DNA of 64,000 nucleotides from Vicinamibacterales bacterium (GCA_963832375.1 CAWHUA010000007.1:37069-101068); one strand, 5' to 3'; shown: positions 36,668-45,964, counted from the first letter of the stretch. Notes: a model not told the origin generated them from the letters alone. A program made the numbers and translations.

Positions 36668-39351
36668 TGATGCTGATGCCGGGTACGCGCCTCGGCCCGT
36701 ACGAGATCGTCGCGGCTCTCGGCGCCGGCGGGATGGGCGAGGTCTATCGCGCGCGCGATCCGCGGCTCGGACGCGACGTGGCGGTCAAGGTTCTCCCGCC
36801 TGCTTTTTCAGCCGATCCTGAACGCCTCACGCGGTTCGAACAGGAAGCTCGAGCGGCCGCGGCGCTGAACCACCCCAACATCCTCGCCGTCTACGACGTC
36901 GGCCAGCATGACGGCTCGCCCTACATCGTCTCGGAACTGCTCGAGGGGGAGACACTTCGGGAGCGACTCGCCGCTGGGGCGCTCCCTGTGCGTAAAGCGC
37001 TGGAGTACGCCGTCCAGATCGCGCAGGGCCTCGCGGCAGCTCATGAGAAGGGGATCGTCCATCGGGATCTGAAACCCGAGAATGTCGTTGTCACTGGCGA
37101 TGGGCGCGTGAAGATTCTCGACTTCGGGCTTGCCAAGCTGACGCAGGCCGAGCCAGTAGAGGCGGGGATTAGCGCTCTGCCGACGACGCCCCCGCACACG
37201 CAGGCCGGCATCGTGCTCGGCACGTTCGGGTACATGTCGCCGGAGCAAGTGCGTGGACTTGTGGCAGACCATCGCGCGGACATCTTCGCGCTTGGTACGC
37301 TGCTTTACGAGATGTTGTCGGGCCAGCGGGCGTTTCGAGGCGACACCGCAGCCGATTCGATGACGGCGATCCTCAAGGAGGACCCGCCCGACCTCCCGGT
37401 CGCAGAGCGGCGGATCCCGCCCGCGCTCGATCGCATCGTGAATCGATGCCTGGAAAAAAATCCCGCGAACCGCTTCCAGACGGCTGTCGATCTGACGTTC
37501 GCCATCGAAGGGATTTCGTCGCAGTCTGATGCGTTTCGGGCGCGCGACGGACGATTCAGCGGCCGCCCGGCCAGGCGCGAGCTCGCCGCGTGGTCGGGCG
37601 TCGCGATCGTGTCGGTGTTCGCCGCGGCACTCGGCTGGAATGCGCTCGACCGCGCGACTCCGGACGCCGAGCGCTCCGTGCACGCGACCTTGTTGCCGCC
37701 CGAAAACTGGACTCTGACCGGTACCAACCCTGCGGCACGGTTGGCCGTGTCGCCCGACGGCTTGCGCCTGGCCTTCGTGGCCAACGGGCCGGACCGGCGA
37801 TCAATGCTATGGGTCCGGCGTTTCGATTCGCTCGCGCCACAGCCCCTGCAGGGCACCGAGGGCGCGACGAGCCCGTTCTGGTCGCCCGACAGCCGGTTTC
37901 TGGGCTTCTTCGCGTCCGGCAAGCTCAAAAGGATCGACGCGTCGGGCGGGCCGGCCGTGACCTTGTGCGATGCACCCTATACGAGAGGGGGCGCAGTTCC
38001 GGGCGGAGCGTGGAATCGGGACGGCGTCATTCTCTTCGGCAGTTCTGGTGCAAGTCTTCAACATGTGTCCGCTTCCGGTGGAATACCGGCAAGAGTAACG
38101 ACTCTTCAAGGTCAGGAGACCAGTCATCAGCTGCCGTTCTTCCTGCCGGATGGCCAACACTTTCTCTTTCAGGTCGCGATCGGGAGCAGCGCCAGCGCGG
38201 GAGCGGTGGGGTCCGAGATCCGAATCGGGTCTCTGGACTCCCCCGAGGTCCGCCCGCTGATGAAGGGTACTTCCCAGGCGATGTACGCGGGTCACCTGCT
38301 CTTCGTGCGCGACCAGACGCTCATGGTCCAGGCGTTTGATGCCCAGCGTCTCGAGCTCTCTGACGAGCCTGTCCCGCTGGCCGAACAGATTGTGAGCAGT
38401 CCGAGCGGGGGCAGCACCTTTTCAGTGTCGCAGAACGGGGTCCTCGTCTACCAGGCCGGGCCTTCGGCACTTTCTCCCTCCAGGCTCGTCTGGATCGATC
38501 GCGAGGGGAAAGAGGTCGCCACGCTCGGTGACGTAGCCGCCTACGGCGACGTTCAGCTGTCCTCGGATGGCAGGCGGGCGGCGGTGAGCCTGCTTCAGGC
38601 TGAGAGCAACACGCGTGACGTGTGGATCTTCGATCTGGCGCGTGGGGTTCCGGCGCGATTCACGTTCGACGCCGCCAACGATCTGGCCGCCATCTGGTCA
38701 CCTGGCGATGATCGTGTGGTCTTCAGCTCAGCCCGCGCAGGGCGTCTGGACCTCTACGAGAAGGCGTCGACGATGGTGGGCGATGAAACGATCCTTCTGG
38801 CCGACAGCGCAGACAAGTATCCCCTGAGTTGGTCTCGCGACGGACGCTTCATCCTGTACTCCGTCATTGAAGGTCGGAACCAGGATCTTTGGGCGCTGCC
38901 TCTCTTCGGAGATAGGAAGCCATTTCCTTTTGCGCGGTCGACATTCTCCGAGACCGCGGGGCAGTTCTCCCCCAATGGAAAGTGGATCGCGTACCGCTCC
39001 GACGAGTCGGGACGGCCCGAAATCTGGGCCGGGCCGTTTCCGGGACCAGGAAGGCGAACGCAGATCTCGACCGAGGGAGCGGGAGCCGGATATCCACGAT
39101 GGGACCGCGACGGCAAGGAGCTCTACTATCTGGATGCCGCTTCCAGGCTGATGGCTGTTCAGGTGAGCGCCGATGGCTCAGAACTTCAGATCGGTACTAT
39201 CCGACCACTCTTCGAAACCCGAGCATCGTTTCGACTCCGCTCTTCGTACGACATCTCCCCCGACGGGCAGCGCTTCCTGATCAATAGCAACGTTGGCGAG
39301 GCGGCGCCAATTACGCTGGTGGTCAACTGGGCGGCCATGTTGAAGAAATGA
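36667..39351 (+). CDS. Ser/Thr protein kinase - TM - beta-propeller, paralog K3 (intact)
   Basis: 894 aa with kinase motifs ([27 protein letters not shown]), a TM segment (WSGVAIVSVFAAALGW) and PD40-like blocks. Confidence 0.9.
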   Translation: MMLMPGTRLGPYEIVAALGAGGMGEVYRARDPRLGRDVAVKVLPPAFSADPERLTRFEQEARAAAALNHPNILAVYDVGQHDGSPYIVSELLEGETLRERLAAGALPVRKALEYAVQIAQGLAAAHEKGIVHRDLKPENVVVTGDGRVKILDFGLAKLTQAEPVEAGISALPTTPPHTQAGIVLGTFGYMSPEQVRGLVADHRADIFALGTLLYEMLSGQRAFRGDTAADSMTAILKEDPPDLPVAERRIPPALDRIVNRCLEKNPANRFQTAVDLTFAIEGISSQSDAFRARDGRFSGRPARRELAAWSGVAIVSVFAAALGWNALDRATPDAERSVHATLLPPENWTLTGTNPAARLAVSPDGLRLAFVANGPDRRSMLWVRRFDSLAPQPLQGTEGATSPFWSPDSRFLGFFASGKLKRIDASGGPAVTLCDAPYTRGGAVPGGAWNRDGVILFGSSGASLQHVSASGGIPARVTTLQGQETSHQLPFFLPDGQHFLFQVAIGSSASAGAVGSEIRIGSLDSPEVRPLMKGTSQAMYAGHLLFVRDQTLMVQAFDAQRLELSDEPVPLAEQIVSSPSGGSTFSVSQNGVLVYQAGPSALSPSRLVWIDREGKEVATLGDVAAYGDVQLSSDGRRAAVSLLQAESNTRDVWIFDLARGVPARFTFDAANDLAAIWSPGDDRVVFSSARAGRLDLYEKASTMVGDETILLADSADKYPLSWSRDGRFILYSVIEGRNQDLWALPLFGDRKPFPFARSTFSETAGQFSPNGKWIAYRSDESGRPEIWAGPFPGPGRRTQISTEGAGAGYPRWDRDGKELYYLDAASRLMAVQVSADGSELQIGTIRPLFETRASFRLRSSYDISPDGQRFLINSNVGEAAPITLVVNWAAMLKK

Positions 39352-39397
39352 CACGTGCAGGCCAGGTAAGGCGGGTAGGTCAAGTAGGTCGAAGCCG

Positions 39398-39857
39398 ATG
39401 TCGCTGACAATGGGAACTCGCCTCGGGCCGTACCGGAATCGTCAGCGCCATTGGCGCCGGCGGGATGGGCGAGGTGTACCGCGCGAGCAAGATCCTGACC
39501 GATACCTTCGCGCACGAGACTGGACGAAGCGAGTTTTACCTGGCGCCGTTTCAGCGGCACGGCGCAAAGGTGCCGATTTCGAGCGCAGGTGGCGGGTCAC
39601 CGAGATGGCGGCAGGACAACAACCAGATCTTCTATCTTGATGAGAACACGCTGATGGTTGCTGCGGTCCGTGGCGGCGACTCGGAGATCGACGTCGGCGA
39701 CGCCCGGCTCCTGTTCCAGACGCGAATGAGCAACAGATCCTTTTCTTATGCGGTGACGGAAAACGGTCAGCGCTTCTTGATGAACAAGCCGTCGGAAGAG
39801 ACCTCACCGAAACGCATCACGCTCGTCGTGAACTGGCCCGCGATGTTAAAGGAATGA
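39398..39857 (+). pseudogene. Internally deleted kinase-propeller remnant
   Basis: The first ~30 codons of a kinase ([25 protein letters not shown], frame break near 39437) are joined to the last propeller blade ([13 protein letters not shown]...[13 protein letters not shown]...[13 protein letters not shown]). Confidence 0.75.
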
Positions 39858-42623
39858 GCCTCACAGCCGGCGCCAGGCTCGGTCCGTACGAAGTCTTGGG
39901 CCCTCTCGGCGCAGGGGGCATGGGCGAAGTCTACCGGGCGCGCGACACGAGGCTTGATCGCCGCGTGGCCATCAAGGTCCTGCCGTCGGCCCTGGCCGCC
40001 GACCCGCAGTTGCGCGACCGCTTCGAACGCGAGGCGCGCGCGATCTCGTCGCTCAATCATCCGCACATCTGCACACTGTTCGACGTCGGACATCAGAGAC
40101 GGCGTCGACTTCCTCGTGCTGGAGTATCTCGAAGGGGAGACAGTCGCCGAACGCCTGGCCCATCGCGGCGCGCTGGATCCGAACGAGGCTCTGAAGATCG
40201 CCATCGACATCTGCGACGCGCTCGACAAGGCGCACCGCTCGGGCATCGTCCATCGCGATCTCAAGCCTGCGAACGTCATGCTGACCAAGGCGGGCGCGAA
40301 ACTGCTCGACTTCGGCCTCGCGAAAAAGGCCGCGCCGGCCGTCGCGACGACGGCGTCGTCGATGTTGCCGACCACGCCGCCGAACCTGACGGCGCAGGGC
40401 ACCATCCTCGGGACCTTTCAGTACATGGCGCCCGAACAGGTCGAAGGGCTCGAAGCGGACGCGCGCACCGACATCTTCGCGTTTGGTGCGGTCCTCTTCG
40501 AAATGCTCACCGGCAAGAAAGCGTTCGAGGGGAGAAGCCAGGCGAGCCTGATTGCCGCCATTCTCAAGCACGAGCCACCTTCGATTGTGAGTGTGCAACC
40601 GCTCACCCCGCTGGCGCTGGATCGCGTCGTCAGGAAATGTCTCGCCAAGGACCCTGATGCGCGCTGGCAGAGCGCGAGAGATCTCGAAGACGAACTGAAG
40701 TGGATTGCGGAAGCGCCTTCGGAGACGCGAGCGTCGGCGCCTTCGAGTCCTCGCCGACTGGCTCCCGCGCGCTCGGCGTTGATAGTGGCCGGACTGCTGA
40801 TTGCCGCTGTCGCCGTTGCTCTCGGCCTGTGGCGCGTGACGCGTGCGCAAACGGCCTCGCCGGTCGCGCGCTTCCTTATCAGCGTGACGCCCGCCGACCG
40901 GTTATCGAGCATCAGCCCGGACGAGCGCAGGTTCATCCCTCATCGTCCGAGCCGAACGGCCATGGCCTGGTCGCCCGACGGGCAGCGGCTTGTTTTCAGC
41001 GCCATTCGCGGCGATAAGCAGTAACTGTACATGCGCGCGATTGATCGGCTCGAGGCCGAGCCGATAGCCGGTACTGAAGACAGCGACAGCCCCTTCTTTT
41101 CGTCAGACGGCCAGTGGGTCGGCTTCTGGAAGGGTGGGGAGTTGAAGAAGGTGCCCGCTGGCGGCGGGCCCGCGGTCACGATTTGCGAAACTGCTCCAGT
41201 CTCCGGCGCGAGCTGGGGATCGAACAACCTCGTGGTGTTTGCACGCGGAGGAGGAGGGCTGTGGCAAGTGTCGGGCGACGGGGGCACGCCACAACCGTTG
41301 ACAACTCTCGATGCAAATAACGGAGAAAGGAACCACGTCTTACCGCACGTTCTGCCGGGTGGCAAGGCCGTGCTTTTCACCATTCGGAAGGCCGCAGGAA
41401 CTCGCCCGACGGCCTGGGACGATGCGCAGATCGTGGTGCGGTCTCTGGTGAGCGGCGACCAAACGACTCTCATTGAGGGAGGCGCCGACGCTCGCTACGT
41501 GTCCACGGGACACCTGGTCTATGTACGGCAGGGAACGTTGATGGCGGTGCCGTTCGACCTCGACCGCCTCGCGCTTACGGGCGCTGCGGTCGGGATCGTG
41601 AACAGCGTGATGCAGGCGGTCAATACGCCGAGCGGCGCCATCGAAACTGGTGCGGCGCAGTTCAGCGTCTCTGCTTCAGGGACGCTCGTCTACGTCTCAG
41701 GAGGTATGTTCCCGGAAGGCGAGCGATCGCTGATCTGGGTGGACAGGGCGGGCGTGATCCAGTTGCTTCCCGCCCCGCCAAAACCGTACTTAGGGCCGCG
41801 GTTATCACCGGACGGACAGCGAGTCGCGGTCTTTACACAGGGGAGGGACGCAGAGGTCTGGATATACGATCTCGTTCGCGAAGACTTAACAATGTTCACG
41901 ACCACCCGGCCCAGGCGAGGTACCCGCCCGGTGTGGACGCCAGATGGGAAGCGGTTGACATTTGGCGCTGGGAATCTGTTGTGGAAACCCGCAGATGGAT
42001 CGGGTGTAGCGGAGCCGCTGACCACGAGTGAGGATGTTCAACTGCCTGAATCCTGGTCACCTGATGGAAAGACATTGGCGTTCTTTCAGGGCGGAACACT
42101 CGGCCGGGGAGACATCTGGATGCTTTCCCTCGCGGATTCTGATCGGACGGCGCGGCCCTTTGTGCAGACAGCGGCCAACGAGCGATGGCCGGACTTCTCG
42201 CCGGACGGCCGCTGGCTCGCCTACGCTTCGGACGAATCGGGTCGCGACGAGGTCTATGTGCAGCCGTATCCCGGTCCTGGAAGCCGACACCAGATCTCAG
42301 CGCGAGGCGGGACCCAGCCGGTCTGGGCGCGGAATGGTCGAGAGTTGTTCTATACCGTTCCGGATTCCACAGCGACGGTTGACTTCAGCAGAATGATGGT
42401 GGTGGACGTCACGACGGCTCCGACCTTCACCGCCGGAATCCCGAAGCCGCTGGAGAGCGTCGTCCGTCTCACCAATCCCATCAGAGGCTATGACGTCACC
42501 GCCGATGGCAAGCGGTTCATCACCGTTCGTGACAACGAACGATCGCCCGAACCTCCGCCGGCCCACATGATCGTCGTCCAAAATTGGCTAGAGGAGCTGA
42601 AACTCCTCGTGCCGACGAAATAA
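39854..42623 (+). pseudogene. Kinase-propeller paralog K4, frame break at 40097 and in-frame TAA at 41022-41024 (possibly a functional split)
   Basis: The kinase reads ...DVGHQ then, in the next frame, [11 protein letters not shown]...HRDLKPANV. After the TM segment the ORF ends GDKQ-TAA. An ATG 6 nt later (41031) opens the 530-aa propeller ORF. Confidence 0.7.
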
Positions 42624-42738
42624 GATGGCACTATTCGACCAGCTGCCTGTGAGACCTCGACCGGAACAGACTGCCTGGTCCGGTATCTGGAGGCTTGCAA
42701 TGAGACGCGCGCGACGTAACGCGAGACGCACGGGCTTG

Positions 42739-42767
42739 CTTAGCTAAGCTAAGCGCGCCTAGCTAAG
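42739..42767. promoter_or_regulatory. Candidate vapBC operator
   Basis: The palindrome CTTAGCTAAG is followed by CTAAG and a second TAGCTAAG, 12-40 nt upstream of the antitoxin ATG. Confidence 0.35.
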
Positions 42768-42779
42768 ATCGTAGAGACC

Positions 42780-43013
42780 ATGGCGAAGCCTCATTCCATC
42801 CATGCCGCCAAGACCCAGCTCTCGCGCCTGGTCGAACGCGCGGAACGCGGCGAGGAAGTCGTCATCGCGCGTGGATCGACACCCGTCGTGCGTTTGACCC
42901 GCCTGCGGGTAGAACGGCCCGCCCGCCGTTTCGGCGCCATCCGCGGCCGCGTCCGCGTCACGCGGGCCTTCTTCGAGCCGCTCCCAGAATCCGAGATCAA
43001 GCGCTGGGAGTAG
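42780..43013 (+). CDS. Type II antitoxin (Phd/YefM-like, PIN-associated)
   Basis: 77 aa. AKTQLSRLVERAERGEEVVIARGSTPVVRL is the typical N-terminal antitoxin pattern. It lies directly upstream of the PIN toxin. Confidence 0.75.
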   Translation: MAKPHSIHAAKTQLSRLVERAERGEEVVIARGSTPVVRLTRLRVERPARRFGAIRGRVRVTRAFFEPLPESEIKRWE

Positions 43014-43016
43014 TCG

Positions 43017-43403
43017 GTGCGACTGCTGCTGGACACTCTTGCACTTCTCTGGTGGCTGGATGACGACCGCCGGTTGTCACTGAAGGCACGCCGTGCGATA
43101 GCCAATCAGTCGAACACGATCCTCGTCAGCGCCGCCTCCGCGTGGGAGATCGCCACAAAGGCGCGCCTCGGCAAGCTGCCCGGTGCGACAGATGTGGCGG
43201 CGGACGTTGCGGCGTGCGTCGCTGGCCAGGGTTTTCTGCCGCTCGACATCACGATGCTCCACGCACAGAAGGCGGGCCGACTGCCTGGCGAACACAGAGA
43301 CCCGTTCGACCGAATGCTCATCGCGCAGAGCCAGATGGAGGACATCGCGCTCCTCAGCGACGACGAGGCTTTCGACAACTTCGACGTCCGCCGATTCTGG
43401 TAG
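43017..43403 (+). CDS. vapC: PIN-domain toxin
   Basis: 128 aa with acidic PIN residues in LLLDT, SAASAWEI, DPFDRMLIAQS and LLSDD. The start is GTG. Confidence 0.8.
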   Translation: MRLLLDTLALLWWLDDDRRLSLKARRAIANQSNTILVSAASAWEIATKARLGKLPGATDVAADVAACVAGQGFLPLDITMLHAQKAGRLPGEHRDPFDRMLIAQSQMEDIALLSDDEAFDNFDVRRFW

Positions 43404-43404
43404 C

Positions 43405-43746
43405 TCACTCGACCGGCCCAGTCTCCTGCCGCAGGGCTTCCAGGCAGCGCATCCACCGGTGGATCCGGTTCCAACTCGCGAACATCTGGTCCACCAACCT
43501 CCGCTCATGATCCAGGCGGAGGTTGCCCACCATAGCGCCGACCTGTCCGCCGAAGCGCAACGCGCGAAGGTGGAAGGCGCGACGGTGGGCCCCCTCCTTG
43601 ATGAACGAGCTACGGTTGGCAGGCCAACCTTCGCCCTGTTTGAAGGCGAAGGTTCGTGCCACAAACAACAGGCGAAGTTCCACACGCGAAGGGTGTCCAC
43701 ACAGCGCCCCGAACGAAGGCGAGGTGAGCCAATACATGTCGCGCAT
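43405..43746 (-). pseudogene. Serine recombinase 3' relic
   Basis: 113-aa ORF ending ERRLVDQMFASWNRIHRWMRCLEALRQETGPVE. The upstream part weakly parallels the recombinase C-terminal region (LLFVARTFA vs ILAFAERVL; RRAFHLRALRFGG vs RQRFQQLFFPDGIAFDG). Confidence 0.55.
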
Positions 43747-43920
43747 GGCGTTCCGAACTCATCGAGGTTCTCGGTAATGGGGGACTCATGGCTTAGACAC
43801 CGCAGGCGGACGTCTGGCGCGCTTCTTCGTTGTCGATGAAGGTGTTCGTGTTGACGCTCGGCAATTCGGTGACTTGATGGCGAGGTGACGTGCCCGGGAG
43901 CAGGGCTCGCCTGACGACCG

Positions 43921-44745
43921 CTAGTCGGATTGGCGTCGGCCCGACTGCGCCGACTCCTTCTGTATCAGCATCACCAGTTCCTCCACCCAGTAGCGCGCGG
44001 CATCCCATCGGTCGACAAACGATCCAATCCCCGTCGAACCGTCCGCAAGATCGACGAACGTCGCGGCGTGGGCAAGCTGATCACGGAGATTGCGTAACCC
44101 GTCCATCTCCTGGTCGAACCGCCTCCGCCCTGTCGCGAGCACGCGCTTGCACAGGTCGCGCTTGTCAGCGAACTCGGTCAGCTCAATGCGAGGAGGATTC
44201 ATGCCGCGCTGGCGCAGCGCCGTTTCCTTCTCGAGAAGCTTGGCGCGGCGACCGGGACCGAGGACGGTGATCCATTCGTCGCCGGGCCAGCGAGTCGAGA
44301 CCAGATCTGCCATCACCGTTTCGAGATGCGTCAGTAGCCCAAATACAACGATGCGGACCGGCAGCTTGAGCAGGTCGCTTTCCGTGACCAGGCCATCGAT
44401 ACGGTCGCCACGCAGGATCAGCCGAAAGGGGAGCGTCTTCATTCGCGGGATCAGCTCCGCGATCGCCATGTCCGCTGACACGATGAGCTCTTCGCTCAAG
44501 GGCAGCATGGCGTCGCGCACGAGCCGGCTCGGATAGTCGCCGCGCACGAGCAGGCCAATGGTCCGATCGGCATTCCGGACCGGGAAACGATCGAAGTCCG
44601 GCTGGGCGGTGGCGAGCCACGCGTCAGCGATCGCGTCGGCCGGCGCGCACACGAGATCAGGCTCGAAAGTTCCGATGAGCCGAACGTGGAAGGCAGCCTT
44701 TGTGGCCTCGCGCGCCGCTTCGAAGGATCGGGTGAGAGCCGACAT
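43921..44745 (-). CDS. CBS-pair protein with C-terminal HEPN-like (Rx4H) domain
   Basis: 274 aa with two CBS-like units (DRFPVRNADRTIGLLVRGD; FRLILRGDRIDGLVTESDLLK). A helical C-terminal domain carries LRNLRDQLAHA. Confidence 0.55.
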   Translation of the reverse strand: MSALTRSFEAAREATKAAFHVRLIGTFEPDLVCAPADAIADAWLATAQPDFDRFPVRNADRTIGLLVRGDYPSRLVRDAMLPLSEELIVSADMAIAELIPRMKTLPFRLILRGDRIDGLVTESDLLKLPVRIVVFGLLTHLETVMADLVSTRWPGDEWITVLGPGRRAKLLEKETALRQRGMNPPRIELTEFADKRDLCKRVLATGRRRFDQEMDGLRNLRDQLAHAATFVDLADGSTGIGSFVDRWDAARYWVEELVMLIQKESAQSGRRQSD

Positions 44746-44835
44746 CGCTATCGCTTCGTCAACGCGAGCAATTTTACACCGCGTACCAACCCACCCGGAT
44801 GCTGCGCCGACCAGGACGGCCGACGACCTCGGCTC

Positions 44836-45240
44836 CTAGCCTTGCTGTATCTCGCGCAGCGTGCGCGTTCCAGGGATGTAACGCTTGCCCCACTGCACGT
44901 AGGCTTTCAGCACCTCCCCTAGAGCTTTCCCCTTGTCGGTCAGCACGTAGGCGTAGCGGACCGGACGCTGTTGATAGGCCGACCTGCTGATGAGCCCCGC
45001 GCGCTCCAGGCGCTCCAGTCGCTCGGCGAGCAAATTGGTGGGAATGCGCTCGGGCGATCCCAGCAGCTCGTTGTAGGTTTGCTTGCCGCGGAGCATGTCG
45101 CGAACGACCAGGAGTGACCACTTGTCACCCACCACATCGAGCGCGCTCGCGATGGGACACGGCGAGCGGGCAAATCCGTGCGCGCGTTTAACCGGGGCCT
45201 TCACAGTCCATCTCCTGTCCGAGTCACTTGCAACTTGCAA
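44836..45240 (-). CDS. HxlR-family transcriptional regulator
   Basis: CPIASALDVVGDKWSLLVVRDML...TYNELL...IPTNLLAERLERLERAGLI is the HxlR wHTH pattern. The start is TTG 45240 or GTG 45204. Confidence 0.8.
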   Translation of the reverse strand: MQVASDSDRRWTVKAPVKRAHGFARSPCPIASALDVVGDKWSLLVVRDMLRGKQTYNELLGSPERIPTNLLAERLERLERAGLISRSAYQQRPVRYAYVLTDKGKALGEVLKAYVQWGKRYIPGTRTLREIQQG

Positions 45241-45282
45241 GTTAATATATTACGCTCTGGTGTGACTTGCATATTGCAAGTC
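45226..45282. promoter_or_regulatory. Two operator-like palindromes in the HxlR divergent region
   Basis: ACTTGCAA-C-TTGCAAGT is at 45226-45242 and GACTTGCA-TAT-TGCAAGTC is at 45264-45282. Both share the half-site ACTTGCA. Confidence 0.55.
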
Positions 45283-45301
45283 ACCATTTGCAGGAGGAAC
45301 C

Positions 45302-45964
45302 ATGTCACACGCAGCCACGTTCCCAGGAGACCAGCCCGCATCGCGTACGGGCGTTTCGCCGCTCGTCCCCGCCATCCTGGTCGTCTGGGTGGGTCTCATC
45401 TTCGGGTTCGGCGCGACCGGGGCGTTCGTCGTGGCGGCTGGTACGCCGCCGCTGCGCCTGTTCGCGGCCGTGGCGGGACCCGTCATCGCTTTTCTGATCG
45501 CCTACCGGTGGTCCGCAGCCGTCCGCGAGTTTGCCTTGATGGCCGACCTCCGCTTCGTCGCGGCGACACAGGCCTGGCGATTCGGCGGGTTCGCGTTCCT
45601 GGCGCTCTATGCCTACGGGGTGTTGCCGGGCTACTTCGCCTGGCCGGCAGGACTGGGGGACATGGCCATCGGCGCCGCCGCGCCGTGGATGCTCGTGGCC
45701 CTTGCGCGTGAGCCTGGGTTCGTCGCGAGCCGAAAATTTGTCACCTGGAACGTGCTGGGGATCCTGGATCTCATCGTCGCCGTCACCGTCGCGGCAGCCG
45801 TGCCGCTGCTCTTTCCCAACGGGGTCGGTGCGATCTCGACGGCCGCGATGGCGCGTCTCCCGCTGGTACTGATCCCCGGGTTCTTTGTGCCGGGCTATCT
45901 CATCCTGCACGTGATTGCGCTGGCGCAGGCGCGTCGTGCGGCGTGGGCGCCGCCCTCGCGATGA
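45302..45964 (+). CDS. Hypothetical integral membrane protein
   Basis: 220 aa with about 6 hydrophobic segments. The RBS AGGAGGA is at 45292-45298. It is divergent from the HxlR gene. Confidence 0.6.
   Translation: MSHAATFPGDQPASRTGVSPLVPAILVVWVGLIFGFGATGAFVVAAGTPPLRLFAAVAGPVIAFLIAYRWSAAVREFALMADLRFVAATQAWRFGGFAFLALYAYGVLPGYFAWPAGLGDMAIGAAAPWMLVALAREPGFVASRKFVTWNVLGILDLIVAVTVAAAVPLLFPNGVGAISTAAMARLPLVLIPGFFVPGYLILHVIALAQARRAAWAPPSR

Larger units (their letters stand above)
30725..43500. mobile_element. Putative older element relic (unit W): kinase-propeller array plus VapBC
   Basis: It is bounded by identical 45-nt segments containing the core (30686-30730 and 43462-43506). A recombinase relic lies at the left end and a recombinase tail at the right end. 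Confidence 0.35.

Noticed and set aside
43405-43746. The 113-aa ORF considered as an independent small gene family, because of its repeated C-terminal LVDQMFASWN motif at three loci.
   Set aside because: All three copies align with the 3' end of the serine recombinase and contain the tRNA-derived core. They are better explained as recombinase relics.
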